NCBI GenBank assembly: GCA_044892525.1
Contig: CM097885.1
Location: 53,136,001 to 53,200,000, forward strand
Origin: Schmidtea polychroa
Taxonomy: Eukaryota
Direction of reading: 5' to 3'
Length of the DNA stretch: 64,000 nucleotides
The first letter of the stretch is position 1. The number at the start of each line of letters is the position of its first letter. Positions 25,001 through 34,000 of this stretch are shown piece after piece. The translations under genes were made by a program, and so were the position numbers. The notes below the pieces were generated by a model. The model did no database searches and was not told the origin of the DNA. It saw nothing but the letters and a program-made list of their open reading frames with translations.

Positions 25001-28000
25001 CATGCATGAGCTAATGAGCCGATTACGAGATACAGAATTGCTCAGGATGAGCGATTGGAGAACCATAAATTTGATCCACAAATATGGCAGGTTGAAAGAA
25101 ACGCAACCGCAGAAATTAGAAATAACCATATGGTTACCAAACGAGGAGAAACGACGAATAAAGATGAGTAATCAGAGTACGGTAGATGACTTAGTAACCA
25201 AGATAAACCAAGAGATAACGGAAAAAGTACGAAGCGAGAGTAGCGACGGGATGATAGATGACGTAGTCATGATGTACGATAAAATAATATTACGGGCCGA
25301 AGACGACACCTCGCTAAGCGAAATGGGAATGTGGGATAATCATCAAATCATCAGAATATTGCCCATGGACGAATTCCGAACAAGAGATATAACATACCAG
25401 AAAGAAATACGAGACAGGATGAAAACGCTATATCAAAAATCAGTAGAGATAATTGAAATTCATCAACAGTGGTTAAAAGAAAAAGAGCTTCAAGGAAAAA
25501 TAAAGAAACTAAGTGTGAGATCCTGCAGACGAACCCCATGGGAAAGGACGTGGAATGCGGAAAACAAAGAATGGAAAATCAGGAAAGGGATTTTCGTGGA
25601 AACAGACATTGGTGAGATAGAAAGTGAATCAGAAGAAGAGGAAGATGAACCTCCAAAATACGAAGAGGACGAAATAGAATCGACATCGGACGACGAAAGC
25701 GAAACGGATGTTACATCAGAAAGTGAACCGGAAACCAGACATATTCACGCGATGAGAAAGAAAGAGCGCGAATATGCCGATATGGATAGCGAAGAAGCGA
25801 TGGAAGCTCGAGAACGAGAAGAGAAGGAAAGATATAAACAATTAGGTGATATCTTAGCAACGGGAACAAAAAATCAAAAACGTCAAGTAATAGCATTGGC
25901 TAACATCATCCTAAAGACATCAGAGAATATCCACAATCTAAGAGAAATGGCGAAAGCGATTGAGGAATACAGACAATATAACGAATGGTACCCAGAACAG
26001 CTAGAACAAATTATTAGGAAATGGAGAAACCAAGAATGGGCACAAGATACCCAGGAAAGGTATCGTATCCAAGTCAAGTATCCCGACAAAAGCATTGAGG
26101 ATACAGAAGTACATCCAACAACAAAGATCAGAGAGTTAAAAAAGAAATTAGCATACGAAACTCCGTTTCACCTACAACTATTCGGAAAATCGTTGGATGA
26201 TAATGCAGATGTCGGAATAACACCCATGAGATTGGGGGAGATCAATGTATTGACAATGGCAGAAACATTGGGAAAACCGATTAAAAGGAAGAACAAATCC
26301 AGTAAACCTACGAAAGGTAGCTTGAGTACACCAAGCCCTAACAAAGTGGCAAGTAAAACGAATGAAACCGAGGAAATCGAGGAAATTATATTGGAAGACA
26401 GCGATGAAGGAGCTGGAGAAAGATCACCAATTCTGGTAAGATGGCCGACAGGAGCCGAAATATGGACAACAAGCCAACCGTCAACTAGCTATCAGCAGCC
26501 AAATAAGCTGAGTATCGAGGAGATTATCGATAATACAACAGAAACCGAAACCGACGAACAATTCCAACGACAGAAAGGACCAACGAAAGCAACACCAGAA
26601 GGTCAAACGGACAAAATAATAGACGAATGGAACGAATGGCTAAGAAATAACGATAGCTCATTGCCAAGAACGGATAACGAGAGAAACCCGAATTATGAAA
26701 ATACAAGGGAAGCCGGAACAATGATGGAAAAACGGGCAAAAGGGAGACCCAAGAAGCAAGGAGAAAAACCGGAATTTAAAACTAGAGAACAACTGAAACA
26801 AGAACAAGGACAAGTCAGATTAGAGAAACTGGATAAAATAGTGTGGGATCTAAAAGAGGCCCAGCCAACTATCGAAAGAGGCGAAAAATGGATACGAGAG
26901 CTAGTAAAAGATATGCTAATAATAACGAACCCACAATTGCGACGGTTATGGCAACGAAAAGTAGCAAGCGTAGACGCCAGACAACTATGGAATACAATAT
27001 CCGGAATAATTCCGAAATTAATCAAAGAGAAGACAAAAACCACTAAAACCGATTGGGAAGAGACAAGAAGAGTAATTGAACAATTAACTTTAAACGCAAA
27101 CGACGACGAACATCATTTAGTAGTATTAACGTATCTAATGTACAATTTGATGGGATTAGCAGCAAGGAAAATACCTAACAAACAATTCGCAAATCATGTA
27201 GAAATGACCGTCACAATCATTGAAAATACAATCGAACCACATATCATCCGCGCCGGTGGGTGGAAAAGACTCATACAAGCGCCACGAAAAAACGAGCAAG
27301 AGAGATCAATGCAAATTCGGTTGAAGAAGTTACTACATGAGCTAGAATGGGAATTGCCATTGAAAGACCCAGCCAGCAGAAAAGCGTCGATTAATTCACT
27401 AATGATGACCATGATGATATGGATGCTCTGCACCAGTGGAGCCGCGGGATTTACTATTTACGACTGTGACAATTCGATAATAGGAGAAAGATACTCCCTG
27501 AGAGATATAGAGGAATGTAGACAGGCGTCTCCGAATAAATTAGATATAGTAAAGAAGAAAGTCTCCTATCACGTATACCAAGAATCAGATTTCATTAGAA
27601 CGCAAGCTAGAGAATGCGTAGTCTCAAAGAAAGTGTTGGCATATTACTGTGGACAATACTCATATTCAACCCTTATATTACCGGGATTAGATAAAGAAAT
27701 AGTACCTATACAACGGGAAGACTGTAAAGAGCTTTTTAGAACCGGAGCAATGAGAATCAGGGATGGAGTAACAATACACGGACAAAGCGGAATGATCAAG
27801 ACAGAAAGTATCTATGTCGCTGGACGAGTAAAATCAACTGATGGATCATGTAACGGAGGCACATATACGATCAGAGGAGAGGTGATATCGGGAGTAGTAG
27901 TAATTGAGTCCTACACAGTGGAGTTGAAGGAATACGAAGCACAATTCGACGCGAACAACTATCAAATGAAAACCAACCCAGCATGCAGAGCTACGGAAAA

Positions 28001-31000
28001 CGTGTGTAGAACGGGAATTTCGACTATAATATATGAAGCTAACACCCAAAAATGCCGACTCCAATTGTTAAAAAGTGCTCTATTCAATGAAGTAAAAGGA
28101 GAAATTTACGAAAACGAGGATGACGATGAAGAGAATGGAAACGTAAGGATGCGAAATGGGAAACCAGTTCCGCCATCCCCCAAAGAAAAGAGACTCACAA
28201 CCCAAAAAACACCAACGGCATTAATTACAGATGACCCAGATATCGGCATGAGATTCATTAGAGAAAAAGAGACCACCAAATGTGACAGCATAGTATACCG
28301 GACGAACTACGCAGGTATCTACATGTCCAGGCAAGTAATAGACCGAGCAGTGGGAAAGGTAGCAACAGAGGACGTAAAATTGTACCTGTACGCCAATAAC
28401 AAAATGGACTTTTTATTTCACCGAGGACAAACGACAATGCAAAAAGTGTATTACGATCTTATACAAAATGACTGTTCATTGAATAAAGAGATACTAAAAA
28501 CAAAATTAGCCATCGCAATAACACACCCAGATAACACAATGCCATCACTCCCGTTACCGGATGGACATTTTGGTAGAATGGTGGGAGAGGTAATGTATAC
28601 ATATGCATGTACCAAGACATTTGCGCGACTGCCAAGAAAGCCCACAATTCCACCAGGGAAATGTGCAAACGAGTTAGAAATTAGTTACAAAGGGCGAAAC
28701 AGATTCGTTCAACCCGTCACTCGAATAATGAACCCAATTGGATTTTACCCGAACACCTTTAACTGTTCAAATGCATACGGACCGTTATATGAAAAACCCG
28801 ATGGGAAATGGATAATGTTACCGGTAAAAACCGAAGTACAAGAACCTAAAAAGTTTGGACTAATAGAACTCGCAACAGAACAAGATTTCAAACCAATTGA
28901 TGTGTCAAAAGCAGGTATGTACTCACCGGAGGATTTAGAAACGGCACGATTAAACGTATTATTCCCAGCAAGACGGGAATCCATTCTATCGAATATGGTT
29001 ACCATAACTGGGGGAACGAATTTCCAGTCAGGCCCCAATTACGAACTATTATTGTCACCTGATCATTTTCAACAAGCCACGTCAAACATGATGAAAGCAA
29101 TGTGGGGAAGATTTCTAGTGTTCGGTCAAATGATGGCAGGAATATTGGGAATCATCTTAATTATTCAGATCGTCAGAGTAATATTAACTCAAATGTTAGC
29201 GTGTTTTGATATCTATAAGAGAGAAAAGAAGGTAAATTGGAAATTGATAGTAGGCTTTCTACCATTTTTGGCGAAAACAATGGTGTTGCACGGTCATTCT
29301 AAAGACATACACAGAATAAAACGATTGATCAAAATACTGACAAAAATAAAAGGAACTGACGAGGAAGTCGGTAGACGATTTCGGAAAACGATGTATGATG
29401 AAGCAACAAGGACGCAACTGAAAAAGAACAAACCAAAATTCTTAGACAGATTTAGGAATCGATCAAACAGCAGCGATAGTGATGATGACGACAACGGGAA
29501 TGACAAATACCCATATCCAAGTAGAAACCCGAATGAAAAGCCAATAGAAACAGCACCATATTGGGAGAAAGAAAAAACAAATACCTGGATAGCCAACGGA
29601 AGTTACATACCACCAGATATCGTTGGACAACAAACAGCTTTGACCATGACACAAAATATGTATCCACAGTTACCAAGTCAACCAGGAATGAACTATATGC
29701 CGACCCGAAGAACGAAAAGTGTAGACCAAGCGGACGACGTAAGAACGATAGCAGTGATGAGTTCACCAGGAGGTGCGGCAGTAACAGTCATGATCCAAAT
29801 CAACGGGAAAGAGACAAGCGCCATGATAGATACCGGAGCAAACGTATCAGCAATAGCAATAAACCAAATACCCAGTAAATGTTGGAAGGATATCGAACAA
29901 ACAACTATCCATATTATTGCATGCAGTAAAGAAACCGTAGACGTAGTAGGAAGATGGTGGACTACGTTACGATATCAGGATAACGAAATTGAAACGTATC
30001 TAGCGGTGATACCCAAACTGAGTGAACCATGTATAATCGGAACGGATTTAATGCCGGAATTATTTAAGGAAGTAGTAATCGATTTAACAACAATGTGTCT
30101 AAAAGACAAAATGGGTAGAATATGCAAGATGAACGCAATAATTAGATGTCCGGAGAAAATAATTGTACCCGCAAAATCACAGATGATATGTCAAATAAAA
30201 GTGGATGCAGGAATGGAAGGAGAAGTCATTTTTGAGCCAAGCAAATCATTCGAAAAACGACGAGAATTACCATTAGCAAGAGAAATAATAACAATAAATG
30301 AAGACGGGGAAATACCAATTAACATCACAAATTTCGAGGAAGAAGACAAGATCATATATGAAAATGAAAGATTGGGTAGATTGACACCCATGATAGACAT
30401 CGAATTACCAAAAATCACCAACGAAACAACGAAAGCGGACGAATTATGGATAATTGATAGCACCTTGCTAACGGAAAAAGAAAAGGAGAGACTTCAACAA
30501 TTATTGATAGAATATAAAGATATATTCGCAATTTCGGATTTAGATTTGGGAGCATGCGATGTTACATTACACGCAATACCATTAATAGACGAAACTCCAA
30601 TCGCACTACGCCCATACAAACTAGCAGAGAAGCAAAAAGAGATAGCCGAAGCCGAAGTACAAAAAATGCTAGATGCACAAGTGATCGAACCAAGTTGTTC
30701 GCCATGGCAATTTCCAGTAGTCATGGTGAAGAAAAAAGACGGTACTCAGAGATTCTGTATCGATTATCGGAAATTAAATGCAGTAACAAAAAGAGACACA
30801 TACCCGTTACCAGACATCAATGAGATGTTACTTATGTTACAGGGGGCCGCATATTTTACATCTTTAGATCTGAAAAGCGGATATTGGCAGATCAAAGTCA
30901 AGGAGGAAGACAAAGAGAAAACAGCATTCACATTGGGCCGAGATCTATACCAATTCAGGAAAATGCCGTTCGGATTGACCAATGCCCCAGCATCATTCCA

Positions 31001-34000
31001 GAGATGTATGAATTTTGTCACACACGGGATCAAGCAGTGTATGGTATATATTGATGATTTATTAATATATTCAGCAACATTCGAACAACATTTGGAAGAT
31101 ATCAGAAATGTGTTCGTTCGATTACGACAATGGAAACTGAAACTTAAACCATCCAAATGTGATTGGGCAAAAGAAAAAGTTACGTTCTTAGGACACATAG
31201 TGTCAGCAAAAGGCAAAGAACCAGATCCAAGAAACCTAGAAAAAATAAAAACATGTCCAGCACCAAAAACTGTCACCCAAGTTCAAGAATTTCTCGGATT
31301 ATGCGGATATTATCGAAAATTCATCAAAAACTATGCAGGTATTGCGAAACCAATACAGGAATTAGTGAAAAAGGATATTTCATTTATTTGGGGTGCAGAA
31401 CAACAAAAAGCGTTTGAGACATTGCGAGATAAATTAATTGAAGCCCCAATACTAGTACATCCTGATTTCAAGAAACCGTTCCTATTAGCAACAGATGCAA
31501 GTGGATATGCAGCCGGAGCAATATTGGGACAACTTGACGAAGAAGGAAAAGAAAGAGTGATTGGATACTACAGTAGAACGTTTAAAAAGCACGAGAAAAA
31601 CTATTCCGTAACCGAGAGAGAAGCGTTAGCAATCATACAAGCAATTAAACATTTTCGATATTTGTTATGGGGACACGAAATATGTATCACCACGGATCAT
31701 CAACCATTAGTATGGCTTGGTCAACACAAAGAAGCTTCAAGTAGATTGATGCGATGGGCAATGCAGTTACAAGAATATTCACCGTTCATAAAATTCAAAG
31801 CGGGAAGAGCGAATGCCAATGCGGATTGTATGTCCAGATTTATCTTTCCGGATTTAGTAGATCACGAAATGCAACGAATATGTCTGATGGTAGCAGAAGA
31901 TTTAGATTTTTGCCAATTACGGAGAGACCAACAAGAGGATACAGAGTTGAAGCAAATCATTGAATATGTGAAAACAGGGAAAGCAGAGGTATATGAGAAA
32001 GATCAAAAATTGAAGGAGCACATGGATAAACAACGACATCGATATATTATCGAGAAAGATTGGTTATTGATAATGGATGGCGAGAAAAGACTGATGTGCA
32101 TTCCCGAGAATAGACGTAAAGATCTACTAACACAATACCATGACGGAAGACTCGGAGGACATATGTCATCTAAAAAGACGTTGGCACGAATGAAACAAAA
32201 ATATTTTTGGCCTACATTGACCGAGGATGTAACGGAATGGGTGAAAAATTGCATAACTTGCGCAACCAGAAAAAACACGGGAACAAAATGGAAGGCACCA
32301 TTAAAGCCAATGCCAGTGCCAGCAGAACCAATGACGATGATATCAATGGACGTAGTCGGTCCACTACCAGAATCAGATAGAGGAAATATATATATATTAG
32401 TAATCACAGATTATTTGACAAAATTCCCCGAAGCATTCGCAATGACAGATCAGAAAGCAAGAACAATCGCAAAAATATTAGTAGAGGAAATATGTTGTCG
32501 ATATGGAACGCCGAAACAAATACTGACGGATCAAGGAACGAATTTCATGAGCGAAATAATGAGCGAAGTCACCAACTACTTCAAGATCGCAAAATTAAGA
32601 ACATCACCGTACCATCCACAAACTAATGGTATGACAGAAAGATTCAATGGAACACTGATTCAAATGTTATCAAATTATGTCGATCGTCATCAACGAGACT
32701 GGGATGAATATATAAAATTATGCCTCATGGCTTACAGAATGTCGATTCACGCGTCCACAAAGATGAGTCCGTTCAAGTTGATGTACGGCAGAGAATGCAA
32801 TATGCCAATGGATTTAGAATATCAGCCACCGATATCACAATACATGGAAATAGACGATTATGTAACCAAGTTCAAGGAAAGAATGCAGGAAATCTGGGAA
32901 ACCGCAGGATTGAATATAAAATTTTATCAAGAAAGTTACAAAGAGTTACATGATAGAAAGAAAAACGTCAAACAGCATACGTTTCAAACAGGCGATTGGG
33001 TGATGATTGAAACACCAGAATTAATTCCAGGAACCACCAAAAAATTACAACGAAACGGTAAAGGGCCGTATGAGATTCTATTCGTCGGAGAAACTAATGT
33101 AAGAGTACGATTAGTGAACAACCCTTTTACAAGACCAATATACGTAAATGTTGCACGATGTAAGCCAATTCCGAAAACCGCCACCAGTCAGCCAGAAGGA
33201 CGTACACTAACGACAAGATCACAAACGTATAGAATAAACATGTTACAGCAAATAAACGAACCAACAGGTAATCGATTAGGGTTACAACCATCAGAAGCCG
33301 AGAAAATCATAAAGGAAGTAAAAGTTAAAATGCCCGGATGGGCAGAAGACAGATTAGATTTTGAGATATTGGGAGGTCTGCTAACAATGATCGAAAATTA
33401 TGCAAACCGAGAAAGAACACACCCATTGCTCAGGGTAGTTAAAAGTCAATGGCCTATATTATTCACGATCACAGACCATTACGGAGACACACCCCTGCAC
33501 AAGCTTTTAAAGGTGGGTAGTAACGAACAGATATTAGAAACAATTGAAGCATTTCGCGATTGTAACATTTCGACAGATCAAGAAAACAACCAAGGTTACA
33601 CTCCACTAATGATAGCAGCCAATCGGGATAAAGCTAAAGATATTATCATCGCATTACTCGAAACTGGGTCAAAGATAACCACACAAGATCACAACCAGAA
33701 AAATGCATTACATCATGCAATCGAAGGGAAAAGTACGGAAGCCTTCATAATCTTAGTAGATCTAATATCATACGAGGATAATAGAGAAATAGGAAACATG
33801 TATGACGGGCTAGTAACTGCAATCAAAGAGAAATTAACAACAATTACTGGAATACTAATTGCATGGAGGAACCCGATAAAAAACGACTATATGGTAGATA
33901 TAAACGAAACATTTACCAAAGGAGAAAACACCTTGATGAGAGAAGCGATGAGAGGACATCACCTATTCGAAATTCCAAATCAACTACTACAACGTGGCAT

